DNA of 64,000 nucleotides from Octopus vulgaris. Taxonomy: Eukaryota. Location of the stretch: contig OX597814.1 in the NCBI GenBank assembly GCA_951406725.2, positions 199,826,001-199,890,000 on the forward strand, written 5' to 3'. The position numbers and the translations under genes are program-made. Positions 1 to 11,493 of this stretch are shown here, piece after piece. Positions within the stretch are counted from its first letter, which is position 1; the number at the start of each line of letters is the position of its first letter. The notes under the pieces were generated by a model. The model saw nothing but the letters and a program-made list of their open reading frames with translations, did no database searches and was not told the origin of the DNA.

Positions 1-129
1 ATGACCTTATGGCTGTCAGCCCAACACCACAACAAGCACACCACACCCCACCACAACACACACACATTTACAGGCACATATGCCTTGCCATGGGCCTTCA
101 ACTTCTAATGCAGATGGAGTTTTTAGACT

Positions 130-482
130 TAGACAAATCAAATGGAAATTGTAGTTGTGATACCTGTGCCAGTGGCACGTTAAAAGCACCATCCGAATGT
201 GGCCGATGCCAGCGCCGCCTTGACTGGCTTCCATGCTGGTGGCACGTAAAAAGCACCAACCAATTGTAGCCGTTGCCAGCCTCCCTTGGCACCTGTGCCG
301 GCGGCGCGTAAAAAGCACCCACTACACTCTCGGAGTGGTTGGCGTTAGGAAGGGCATCCAGCTGTAGAAACACTGCCAGATCAGATTGGGGCCTGGTGCA
401 GCCTCCTGGCTTCCCAGACCCCAGTCAAACTGTCCAACCCATGCTACCATGGAAAACGGACATTAAATGATGATGATGATGA
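130..482 (+). mobile_element. Family C non-autonomous retroelement (RTE-related SINE-like, (GAT)n tail)
   Basis: Motif TTGGCGTTAGGAAGGGCATCCAGCTGTAGAAAC, ~60-bp internal GGCAC...GTGCC..GGCACGTAAAAAGCACC repeats and 3' end CATGGAAAACGGACATTAAA(TGA)n; more than 10 copies in window. Confidence 0.8.
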
Positions 483-872
483 CAACCTATACAATCCTGT
501 TTTCATCTCAGGGAAGAGGTGGCCCTTATCAGTCTAGCCTCTCTCCTTTGACCTGCCCAGCATGGGAGACCTACCAGGAGCTTTGCACTCCACTGGCACA
601 GCTCTTAGGGTCATTGAGACATACAAGCCGCTACATAACAACATGGACAGGTCTTCATTGGGGGTTCATTAAAAACAGCCTGTTCTTTAATGATGGTGAT
701 GGCAGTGAAGCTTCCAACAACACAAAGGAAACTACATTCCTATTTTGAATCTTTTTGGATCTTTACCTTTTGACCTACAGATTAAAAAAATAATTTTTTG
801 TAACTAAACACTTTCAAACTTCAGACACTGGTAGAATGTGTCATATAAAACATCTTTTACTCTTAGCATTTT

Positions 873-1049
873 TGAGTGGCTGTGTGGTAAGTAGCTTGCT
901 TACCAACCACATTGTTCCGGATTCAGTCCCACTGCGTAGCACCTTGGGCAAATGTCTTCTACTATAGCCTCGAGCAGACAAAAGTCTTGTGAGTGGATTT
1001 GGTAGATGGAAACTGAAAGAAGCCTGTCGTATATATATATATTTGTGTA

Positions 1050-1099
<50 letters not shown>

Positions 1100-1465
1100 A
1101 TCCAAACATGAAAACACATAGAGAAAACACAACAACGCGAGGATGTGGAACAAGTATAGTGTTATTGGACACTCAGGAAAGGAAAGATCCAAGGGAGGGA
1201 AGATGGAGGAAAAAAATCACCAACGTGGTCACATATATATGTGTGTGTGTGTGTATGTTTGTGTGTCTGTGTTTGTCCCCCCAACATTGCTTGACAACCG
1301 ATGCTGGTGTGTTTACATCCCTGTAACCTAATGGTTTGGCAAAAGAGACCAATAAAGTAAGTACTAGGCTTACAAAGAATAATTCCTGGGGTCGATTTTC
1401 TCAGCTTAAAAAGCTGTGCTCCAGCATGGCCACAGTCAAATGACTGAAACCAGTAAAAGAGTAGA
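873..1465 (+). mobile_element. Family B tRNA-derived SINE with internal microsatellite (carries ~135-bp insert at 1096-1230)
   Basis: Head GAGTGGCTGTGTGGTAAGTAGC...GGATTCAGTCCC (A/B-box-like), CORE-like ACCTTGGGCAA, internal (TA)n/(TG)n, tail GACTGAAAC.AGTAAAAGAG; about 15 copies in window. Confidence 0.85.
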
Positions 1466-1652
1466 GTATGAGATGAGATGGTACATGCATGCATTTATGT
1501 AAGTGCTTTACTAGCCATCCCTGAAAACATGTGGTTTATTACATATTATAACAAATATAATCTTTTATTTTATTATATAATCTGTAAAAAGTAAATGGAG
1601 TATTTGTTTGTTTTGTTTTTTACTAATGATCCTTTGTTTTGTGTTATTTCAG

Positions 1653-1700
1653 CTGCACAAGTGCCAGGCGAAGAACTTGAACAAACAAAATATATTGAAG
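1653..1700 (+). CDS. Candidate 48-nt symmetric internal exon of an unidentified host gene
   Basis: Branch point TACTAAT at 1621-1627, T-rich tract, TTTCAG acceptor, AAG|GTAAAT donor; open in phase 1 (xAQVPGEELEQTKYIE) and phase 0 (LHKCQAKNLNKQNILK); non-repetitive. Confidence 0.5.
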
Positions 1701-2014
1701 GTAAATCTTGATAAAATATTCCTTATACATTCAGTCATGATGTGAGAGTTGTTTCCTTTTCCTTATGTTGCAGGTAAGATTTTTATGAGGTCATAAAATT
1801 AATATCTTTCAAAAACAGATTTTCTCCTGTTCGTTTTACAGACATTTAAATCACTCCAATAACTGCAAAAAAAAAAAGGAAGAACAACAAAAAAAAAAAC
1901 CAATCCAATTTCATTATTTTCAATGCAGTAAATCTGATTGCGTATATATCTTTTTTTTAATCCCAAGATCCATATCAAAACACTTTACAGAATGTATGAT
2001 TGTAGGACCGCTAA

Positions 2015-2233
2015 TATTCTTTTCTACTCTAGGCACAAGGTCCAAAATTTTGGTGAGGAGGGGGCCAGTTGATTAGACCGACCCTAGTGCATAATTGGTA
2101 CTTAATTTATCGACCCTGAAAGAATGAAAGGCAGAGTCGACCTCAGCGGAATTTGAACTCAGAACGTAAAGACTGACGAAATACTGCAAGGCATTTTGCC
2201 TGGCATGCTAACATTTCTGCCAGCTCTCTGCCT
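2015..2233 (-). mobile_element. Family A tRNA-derived SINE (Meta-like domain)
   Basis: Reverse complement of GAGCTGGCAGAA...GAGTTCAAATTCC...GCCTTTCAT.CTT..GGGTCGATAAA..AGTACC. Confidence 0.8.
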
Positions 2234-2263
2234 TTAGAACCACTATATTAGACAGGTTATTAA

Positions 2264-2489
2264 CCCTTTCGTTACCAGCCCAGCTGAAACCAGCTCTGCC
2301 ACTGGCTCTGAGTGCAAATGTCTTGTTTTCATAAGTTTTGAATTAAAATCTTCCACCAAACCTTAGTTACAATCTATGTTCCAAACACTAGCTTAATCGT
2401 AACTAAGTTATTTTACTAAATTCTTTGTTATATTTAACATAATTGAAAGAAACACAGAGCATCTCAAAATAAATATGGTAACAAAAGAG
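2264..2489. mobile_element. piggyBac-type MITE
   Basis: TTAA at 2260-2263 and 2490-2493; TIRs CCCTTTCGTTACC / GGTAACAAAAGAG; second partial copy at ~22555-22714. Confidence 0.8.
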
Positions 2490-2493
2490 TTAA

Positions 2494-2708
2494 GGCAGGG
2501 AGCTGGCAGAATCATTAGCACACTAGGCAGAATGCTTTGCAGCCCTTTGTCCATCTTTACATTCCTAGTTCAAATTCCCCTGAGGTTGACTTTGCCTTTC
2601 ATCCTTGGTTGATAAAATAAGTACCTGTTGAGTACTGGGGGGGTCGATGTACTTGACTCAAACCCCTCCCCCAAAATTGCTAGCCTTGTCCCAACATTTG
2701 AAATCAAT
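2494..2708 (+). mobile_element. Family A SINE
   Basis: Family A head and Meta-like core; TSD-like ATATTAGACAGGT at ~2245 and ~2707. Confidence 0.8.
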
Positions 2709-3061
2709 ATTAGACAGGTCACTGAGTGCACAGTAGACTCTCTTCCTAATTGTCTCTGTTCATAATTATTATATTATTACAGGGGCTTCATTTCTTTAAT
2801 GGGAATATTATGTTACTGTCTGTGAGTAGCGATAAAACAAAGACCATAACTTTTCGGTAACCTGATATCATGATTGTTATAGCATTGTGATAATGTAGCA
2901 ATGATGAAGATAAGAATCATAAATATGAAGTAATTTTGTATTGTTAAATCAAATGATGCTGAAAATGTTGCCGAAACTATCAATTACACTCGCTAATATT
3001 TTTATATATTCTCTTAAAAAGAGTGAACAACGCATACATGTATGCATGCGCATACACAAAC

Positions 3062-3303
3062 GTACATATATATATACATATATATATATGTATGTGTATC
3101 TATGTATGCTGTTATATGAATTACATTATGCTGGTATGTCTCTGTGTATATGTATTAATGTGATTATATGTGTGTAAATGTGTGTGTGTGTGTATATATA
3201 TATATATGTGTATATATATATGTATGTGTATATATATGTATGTATATATGTATGTATATATGTATGTGTATATATATGTATGTATATATATGTATGTGTA
3301 TAT

Positions 3304-3335
<32 letters not shown>

Positions 3336-3407
3336 GTATATATATATATATATGTATGTATATATGTATGTGTGTATATATATGTATGTATGTATGTATG
3401 TGTATAT

Positions 3408-3447
<40 letters not shown>

Positions 3448-3550
3448 ATGTATGTGTATATGTATGTATGTGTATATGTATGAGTGTATATATGTATGTA
3501 TGTATGTATGTATATATGTGTGTGTATATATATATATATGTATGTGTATG

Positions 3551-3583
<33 letters not shown>

Positions 3584-3778
3584 ATATATGTATGTGTGTA
3601 TATATGTATGTGTGTATATATATGTATGTATATATGTATGTGTGTATATATATGTATGTATATATGTATGTGTGTATATATATATATGTATGTATGTATG
3701 TGTGTGTATATATATATATATGTATGTATATATGTATGTGTAAATATATTTATGTATGTATGTATATATATGTATGTG

Positions 3779-3809
<31 letters not shown>

Positions 3810-3955
3810 GTATGTGTATATATATATATATTTGTATGTGTATATATATGTATGTGTATATGTATATATATGTATGTATGTATATATATATGTATGTATG
3901 TATGTATGTATATATGTATGTATATATGTATGTATGTATGTATATGTGTGTGTGA
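3062..3955. repeat. Compound (TA)n/(TG)n/(TATG)n microsatellite
   Basis: Directly visible; source of the YI/CV-rich pseudo-ORFs. Confidence 0.97.
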
Positions 3956-4218
3956 GTTATCAGAGTGATGGATAGACTGCCTTCCAGTAGTCATTCTGGC
4001 CCTCTGTGGTCTGAGTTCAAATGCTACCATTGCCACCTTTAATATTTATTCCTGCAGGGTTCACAGATAAACGTCCGATCCTTAACCAGGGTTGATACAC
4101 TTCATATTCTTTGTGTCTGTCTGGATATGGTCACTCCTGGAAAGGGTTGGAATCAATTAAGTCTTAAAATGCCAGCTGTATTAGGAGTTGAAGACCCATG
4201 GCAAAGCATACGTGTGTG

Positions 4219-4250
<32 letters not shown>

Positions 4251-4479
4251 CTAATAGTGGTTTGGGTGATGCTCTGACAATCGTAAGGTCATACATTTGA
4301 CTCTCAGATGAGGGTCCCACATCATGCCCTTCTGTAGGACCCATCATACTACTGATTTGGCTGAAAATGTGTACCATTGACGACTAATAATGCAGGTAGG
4401 ATGAAGACCAGCGAAATAATAGTGATGGTACAGTATACTGAGAAGGGATGAGAGAGAGGGAGAGAGAGATGGTATCTGA

Positions 4480-4712
4480 AGGTGGTGAGCTGGCAGAAAC
4501 GTTAGCACGCCGGGCGGAATGCTTAGCCGTATTTCGTCTGCCGTTACGTTCTGAGTTCAAATTCCGCCAAGGTCGACTTTGCCTTTAATCTTTTCGGGGT
4601 TGATAAATTAAGTATCAGTTACACACTGGTGTTGATGTAATCGACTTAATCCGTTTGTCTGTCCTTGTTTGTCCCCTCTGTGTTTAGCCCCCTTGTGGGT
4701 AGTAAAGAGATA
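4480..4712 (+). mobile_element. Family A SINE, near full length
   Basis: GGTGGTGAGCTGGCAGAAACGTTAGC head, B-box GAGTTCAAATTCC, Meta-like core, tail GTGGGTAGTAAAGA. Confidence 0.88.
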
Positions 4713-4885
4713 GGTATGTGGTTGGTTGGGTTGCAAGAGTTGGGGGTGGAAGTAGGTCTGGTACATGAGAAGAACGAGAGGCTTATAGTGGTGGAGATAG
4801 GCATACAATTATGAGAGTGTGTGTGTGTGTTGCTGATGGATGATAAGAGAAAGGCTGGTGAGAGATCGAGCTACTCACACGTACT

Positions 4886-5116
4886 TATTTCTTTATTACC
4901 CACAAGGGGCTAAACATAGAGGGGACAAACAAGGACAGACATAGGTATTAAGCTGATTACATCGACCCCAGTGCGTAACTGGTACTTATTTAATCGACCC
5001 CAAAAGGATGAAAGGCAAAGTCGACCTCGGCGGATTTGAACTCAGAACGTAGTGGCAGACGAAATACTGCTACGCATTTCGCCCGGGGTGCAAACGATTC
5101 TGCTAGCTCGCTGCCC
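4886..5116 (-). mobile_element. Family A SINE with 18-bp target site duplication
   Basis: Reverse-complement copy; TSD CTACTCACAC(G/A)TACTTAT at 4871-4888 and 5118-5135. Confidence 0.88.
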
Positions 5117-5466
5117 TCTACTCACACATACTTATCAAATTGGATCTCCTTGTAGTATGTATGCTACAACAAGGAATTAATACAGATTTCTGTCAAATAA
5201 GGGCTTGATCTTGTGTAAACATTCTCATTTGCTAAGATGAAGGGCATATTTTAATATCATACAATTCTTAAAGTGTCCCAACTAAGCTGAAATTGCGATC
5301 CTTCAGTTATTAGATCCACATTTTCAATGGTGCCCCCCTCCCTCTCCTAATGGATCACAATCCACAGGCTGGAACAAGTAAAAGAAATCTACTTGATAAA
5401 AATATTTTGTAAATAAAGACCAATAATAAGATAACAAATTGGCTGTCATTTGTGAATCAGATTGAC

Positions 5467-5695
5467 AGCGAGCTGGCAGAAATGTTAGCATGCCAGGCGA
5501 AATGCTCAGCAGTATTTAGTCTGTTGCTATGTTCTGAGTTCAAATTCCGCCAAGGTCGACTTAGCCTTTCATCCTTTCGAGGTCGACTAAATAAGTACCA
5601 GTTACGCACTGGAGTTGATGTAATCGACTTAATACGTTTGTCTGTCCTTGTTTGTCCCGTCTATGTTTAGCCCCTTGTGGGCAGTAAAGAAATAA
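5467..5695 (+). mobile_element. Family A SINE
   Basis: Same head, core and tail as 4480-4712. Confidence 0.85.
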
Positions 5696-6089
5696 GATTG
5701 AATTCTTCTTGGTATTTGTTCAGGTTCTCTGTGCTCTGACATCAAATTGAGTGATGGATGATTTAGTCTTCCATCTTCTTGGGGTCAAAAATACCAGTCT
5801 GAGACAATAAATTGGCAGAACTGGAAGAATTTCAGATCAAATACCTGGTTGTATTTCTTCTGGTTCTATGTGTTCTGAACCAAATTCCACCTAGATACCC
5901 AGAAAGCACCCTCATCAATCTGCAAGCCTAGAGTAGGGATTAAAGCCAACACCAAACAGACGGTGCTGAGTGGAATTGATGGAGGGGAGGAATGTTCCTC
6001 CAGGTTAAGAGACAAGTTGCCTGATAAATGAATGAATAAATGATTAAGAAATCTCATTAACTGATTCCTCAGACCTGATTTTGTACTAA

Positions 6090-6676
6090 GTTATACCATC
6101 TCGTTTTGATTTTCTATTTATACAAATAAGAGAATTATTTACGCATTTTTTTTCCTCAAAATGGATGAAGATTTAGATATATTCATCAATCACGAAAGCA
6201 ATTTTTCATTTCATGACCTGGAAAGCTCTGGGGATGAATTAGACACGTGTAGTTCAAACTCTGACAATTTTTCAGAAGATGACAAAAAAGATAATAAGAT
6301 TGATGCACGTGCATGGCACAAGATCAATTGCTTGTCCGATTCGAAAAGAAGGCAGATACATGTGTGATGTCTGCAAGATAACTTTGTGTGTGACTCCTTG
6401 TTTTAAAAATTATCATTCTAAATAAACTATCTCATTTCTTTTTAAATTTTCTTTTGATTTAAAAGCAATACATCTTATAAAAAATCAATGTCTGAGTTAA
6501 CTCGTTTAAATCCAAATGAGTAAAAGTACATTTTAATTTCTATAATAAAAATTAAAGGAAACAAGATAAAAATAAACTTTTTTTGTAATTAACACAGTGT
6601 ATATAATTAAAAAAGGAAATTAAAAAATATGCTCTGATATGAAACGCCACGTCAAAATAATAGATCCAATAAGGGG
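6090..6676 (+). mobile_element. Internally deleted piggyBac transposon remnant
   Basis: Acidic N-terminus MDEDLD...ESSGDE (6161-) joined out of frame to the Cys-rich C-terminus RYMCDVCKITLCVTPCFKNYHSK* (6354-6425); right end AAGGGG|TTAA at 6671-6680; left end not found. Confidence 0.75.
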
Positions 6677-7396
6677 TTAAACATTGAAACTGCCTTCGTT
6701 TGCGGACAATTTTTCTTTATTTATAAAGAAATGTTTAAAATATCGCCAACCAGGCTGACACAGTGCAAGGGGGATAACTAGGAAGGTTTGTGGAAGAGTA
6801 ATTCACCTGAATCCATATCGGCTTCGATTTGACAGAGAAAGATTTTTAAAAGATTAGCGTTAAAATAAAATTTGTGTTTTAATTAATATAACTAATTGCC
6901 CTTAAAGCTGAACAGCAGGACATTTAACTTTTTCCATAAAATCAAACATATGTAAATGTATAAAATTAATGAAAATGATTTTAAATCCGTTAGTGATATA
7001 ATAACGACTTTCTGCTGAGATGAGTTAAAAAGAAAAAAAAGGTAATTGTGACAATGGATTTCCTGTTAGTTTTCTTGGTAAAATTATATTTGTGATCCGA
7101 AGTTGTTAAAATTTCTATAATTAACTTAATTTCGTCGTTTTTTACTCTTCATTTATTTACATATTTTTTTTCTTTTTACTTTATTTTTGCACTTATCTTT
7201 CTAAGATTTGTGCTTATAAAGTGACTAATTTCATTTTTTTTCTTTAAGATAATTTTTCAAATTATTAGAAAAAAAAAGCTATGAAGTATTCTTTAAGTTT
7301 GCTTATTTATTTAACCGATACTTTGTTTTCTTTTATAGAATAAATTTGTTTATTTTTTAAAATTCTTATGTTCATATTCAGTGGATTAAATCAAGA

Positions 7397-7431
<35 letters not shown>

Positions 7432-7912
7432 AATTATCGTGTATTGTACTCAGGTGAACTACAGCTCATCAAAGGTGCACGTACAGTATATAGAATTATG
7501 TACAAAAGTCAGGAAAGTGAACAGTGTATGGAGTCATGATATACATGTGTGCATGCATATGGAGGCAGGATATCAGGTGTAGTGTTGGTGAATTTCAGGA
7601 AGCATGGAGGTTTTAAAGGACGCAATGTCTCGACAACTAACAACTGATGAAGGTAGTTTGTTGCATGCTTCAGCAAAATGCTTCCAAAAGTCATGGGAGC
7701 TGTGCTGTTTTCTGATTTTGTGGGCATGCCCATATGTGTGTTAGACACATGGAGCTCAAAAAGGTGCTCAAGGTGGTTGTTGGTGTGATGGTTAATAATT
7801 TTGTGGGTGTTTACAAAGTCAGCTGCCAGACATCAGAACTTCCATGTATCTATGCCCAGTGAAGCAAGGCATTCAGAGTACTCTGAACAGTTTCCAGGAG
7901 GTCAATATTCCT
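7397..7912 (-). mobile_element. CR1-clade LINE 3' fragment (decayed)
   Basis: Homologous to 16511-17318; (ATT)n tail. Confidence 0.85.
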
Positions 7913-7929
7913 GTTCTCTGTGATTTTTC

Positions 7930-8285
7930 TGAGTAGCTTACCAACCACATGGTTCCAGATTCAGCCCCACTGCGTGGCACCTTGGGCAAGTGTCTTCTAC
8001 TATAGCCTCAGGCTGACCAAAGCCTTGTGAGTGGATTTGGTAGACGGAAACTGAAAGAAGCCCATTTTATGTATGTATATATGTTTGTGTGTCTGTGTTA
8101 TCCCTCCCACATCGCTTGACAACCAATACTGGTGTGTTTACGTTCCCATAACTTAGTGGTTTGGCAAAAGAGACCGATAGAATAAGTACTAGGCTTACAA
8201 AGAATAAGTCCTGGGGTCGATTTGCTCGATTAAAGGCAGCAATCCAGCATGGCCACAGTCAAATGACTGAAACAAATAAAAGAGT
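7930..8285 (+). mobile_element. Family B SINE
   Basis: Matches family B body and tail. Confidence 0.85.
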
Positions 8286-8634
8286 TAATCAATAAATTAA
8301 GTCAGGCAATCTATTTCCAATTCTGTCTTGAATTGTTCTTTTTCTTCTTCAATCAGAGGGTATCCCTATTTTCTACATGATTTGTACTGAAGCATTCAAG
8401 AAATAGTATTCCCTATTTTAGAGTCCCTGTACCCCAAAGTTTTTTCATTCAGGTAAAAAAATATATAACTGAAATGTAATTTTAAAATTTTTATTAAAGA
8501 GATTATAGCAAAATAGCAATAAATTCTGAATTAGTGACTCTAAGTTGGGAGGAAATGAGAAATTATCAGAGTTTAATAATACTTTAAAGCACATTATAGA
8601 AATAAAAGATAAAATTTCATATGTGGATAATTGT

Positions 8635-8895
8635 GGTTTGTTCCTTCTCAAGCCATGCATGGCTCATAAGGGCCAGTTTTCCCAGTTTCATCACAGGTGA
8701 GCTGCTAGATGCAGGAGGAAGGAGTGAGAAAAAGTTGTGGCGAAAGAGTCTGCAGAAGTTTGTCATTACCTTCTGCTGGAGCCGCATGGAGTTTAGTTAT
8801 TTCACTCATAAACACACACATCACCTGGTCAGATTCAAACCCACAATCCCTCGATTGCAAGTCTGCTGCTCTAACCATTAGGCCATGCGCCTCTA
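8635..8895 (-). mobile_element. Family D tRNA-derived SINE
   Basis: Reverse complement of GGCGCATGGCCTAATGGTTAGAGC head; body matches 11494-11800. Confidence 0.78.
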
Positions 8896-9151
8896 TGATG
8901 CGGATAATTAGTGGGGAATTATTTAATTTTGGAATCTAACTCACATTTTATATTATCATTCTATAGTAAATAATAAATTAAAAATATTTGATTAATCTAA
9001 TTTAGAATTCGGTGGTGAGGTCATAGATTCATTACGGTATCGGATAGAATGCCACATGGTAGTTATTCAAGTTCTGTGGGTTTTGAGTTCAAAGTCCACT
9101 GCGGCCAACTTTATTTTTTATCCTTTCAAGGTTGATAAATAAAAGATATTC

Positions 9152-9163
9152 CGACTCTCTCTC

Positions 9164-9222
<59 letters not shown>

Positions 9223-9800
9223 CTATCTATCTATCTATATCTATCTATCTATCTATCTATCTGTGATAATGATCCCTATTGATCGATTTTTTCTTTTTCC
9301 TTTTCTTTTTATCCTCCCCCTTTTTTTCTTTCTTCTTTCATTCCTTTTACGATCCCTTTTGATCGAAAACCAAAACCCCCTTTTTTTTATCCCCAAAAAG
9401 AAAAGCTCTACCTTGTAATTTGTCCCGTCTGTGTGCAGCCCTGTGTGGCTAATAAAGAAACATATCTATATCTATCTGTCTATCTATTTATTTATATCTA
9501 TCTATCTATCTATATCTATCTATCTATATCTATCTATCTATTTATCTGTCTGTCTGTTTATATCTGAATAGCTTTGTCAGTAGTAGTAGTAATAGTAGTA
9601 ATACCTTCCTTGAACCCTTACCACAGACTGCAGGTCTGACTTATGGCATGTCTTGGGCATTTCAAACCTGGTGAACCCTGTCCCTATATCTATCTATCTA
9701 TCTATCTATTTATATCTATTTGTCTGTCTGTCTGTCTGTCTGTCTGTATCTATCTATATCTATCTATCTATCTATCTATATCTATCTATCTATCTATCTG
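9152..9800. repeat. (TATC)n microsatellite interrupted by two inserts (9263-9462 and 9565-9685)
   Basis: Directly visible. Confidence 0.92.
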
Positions 9801-9940
9801 ATATCATTTGTGCTCAGAAAGGGACAGGGTTCACCAGGTTTGAAATGCCCAAGACATGCCATAAGTCAGACCTGCAGTCTGTGGTAAGGGTTCAAGGAAG
9901 GTATTACTACTATTACTACTACTACTGACAAAGCTATTCA
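9565..9940. repeat. Perfect 121-bp inverted repeat (9565-9685 / 9820-9940)
   Basis: No mismatch seen by eye between arms; spacer is mostly (TATC)n. Confidence 0.93.
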
Positions 9941-10227
9941 CCTTTTTATTTCTTTTTTCCCCCTTACACTAAATTCCTTTAACAAACTGTCATTTCCCCA
10001 TGACATTTATTTCAAAATCGAACTTGTTTGTTAATAATCCAACTTAATCTGAGATTATCTGTTAAAACTAAAGCAATTAAATTGTTAAAGAATCATGCTT
10101 GTCTTTTAAAACATTTATTCTGTTGGATTCACTTTTGCTCTATGTAATAATGGTTAATGGTTAAGAAAATTCTGTTACACACATCTAGGATCTGGTCAAT
10201 GATATTATTCAAATTGCATTTCATTTG

Positions 10228-10486
10228 TTTCGTTTTTGGATTTGGTTTGCAAGATTCTTTATATGATTTCATGTGTTGAAGCATTTTCTGTTGTGTCTGG
10301 GTAGAATCATTTTGTTTTTGCGCCTTATAATTTAATACATTCAACGGTAAAATTTACACCACTTATTCCTCATTTTTATTTTCCTAAAATTTTTGTTGCA
10401 TCTTGCAAACTTTTCAATAGACTTGACGAAAATTTTAGGAAAATAAAAATAAGAAATAAGGGGAAATTTCCCAGACACAACAGAAT
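10228..10486. mobile_element. Fold-back repeat element, copy 1 (Penelope-like terminal structure)
   Basis: Homologous to 11824-12106; partial inverted arms around a GTTGCATCTTGCAA hairpin. Confidence 0.6.
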
Positions 10487-11493
10487 ATCATTTGTTGTTG
10501 TTAACTTAATTTCAGATGTTTTTAAGGACCAATTTTCAAAAGTATTTACTCTTTTTTTTCTCCTTTTTATTTATTTTTTTTTCTTATAATACTTATTTCA
10601 TTCAATTTCTGATACAAAATCAAACAGGGAAAGACCTCACATCATCAGTACAAAACATAATAATCTATATTTGTAACAGATATTTTGAAAAGAAAAAATA
10701 ACCTTTTTGCATGTATTGACTCAATAATGATTATAAAATCTGTTTTATTCATCGAGTCTTTGATCTTTATTTCATTGTTTTCTTGTATAACTCCAGACAT
10801 TGTATTTCGTTAAGGATTTTTAAAGGGAAGTACGTTTATTTTCATGCCCTCCCACCTGCACACACGCCCAGCCCCGCCTTAGCCTTAATTTCTCCACTGT
10901 TAATTTCAGACCGTTTTTGAATACCGTGTTGAAGATATTTATTAAGCTAACACTTATCAGTTTGTCATAGCAACATTGCTGTCAGGTAAAATGCACCTTA
11001 AGATAACGGGTTTTTGTCACATGTAATCAATACAGATGCCAATAGTTGAATAAGGCTTTTCTTCTTAGAGATCTATTACTTGAATAAAGCAACAACAATA
11101 ACACAAATAATGGCTGAAACCCAAGTAACAACAACAAGAAGAAGAAGAGCAACGCCAGTAATATGTATAAATAAATTGAACAACATTAATAGTGTACTAG
11201 CTTACACAAATTATTGATTTGCATATTGCTAATTGCTCAATTATGCTATTTCTTACTCATTGAGCCAACAGCAATTATAGTAAAGCAGAATCAATTTGAA
11301 GCAGCATACAAATTTGTCTAATTTATGTCTTGGGATGTAGATGTTGGTAAATGCTATTTCCTTTAGTGCTTTTTTTTTTTCATACCTGTTGCAACCTATT
11401 ACATCAGCCTCATGCTCAGGTGAAGCAACGTTATTTGAGGAAATCTGATTTTTGGATTATCTTCCTTCTATTATTAAATCCATGAAAATGTTA

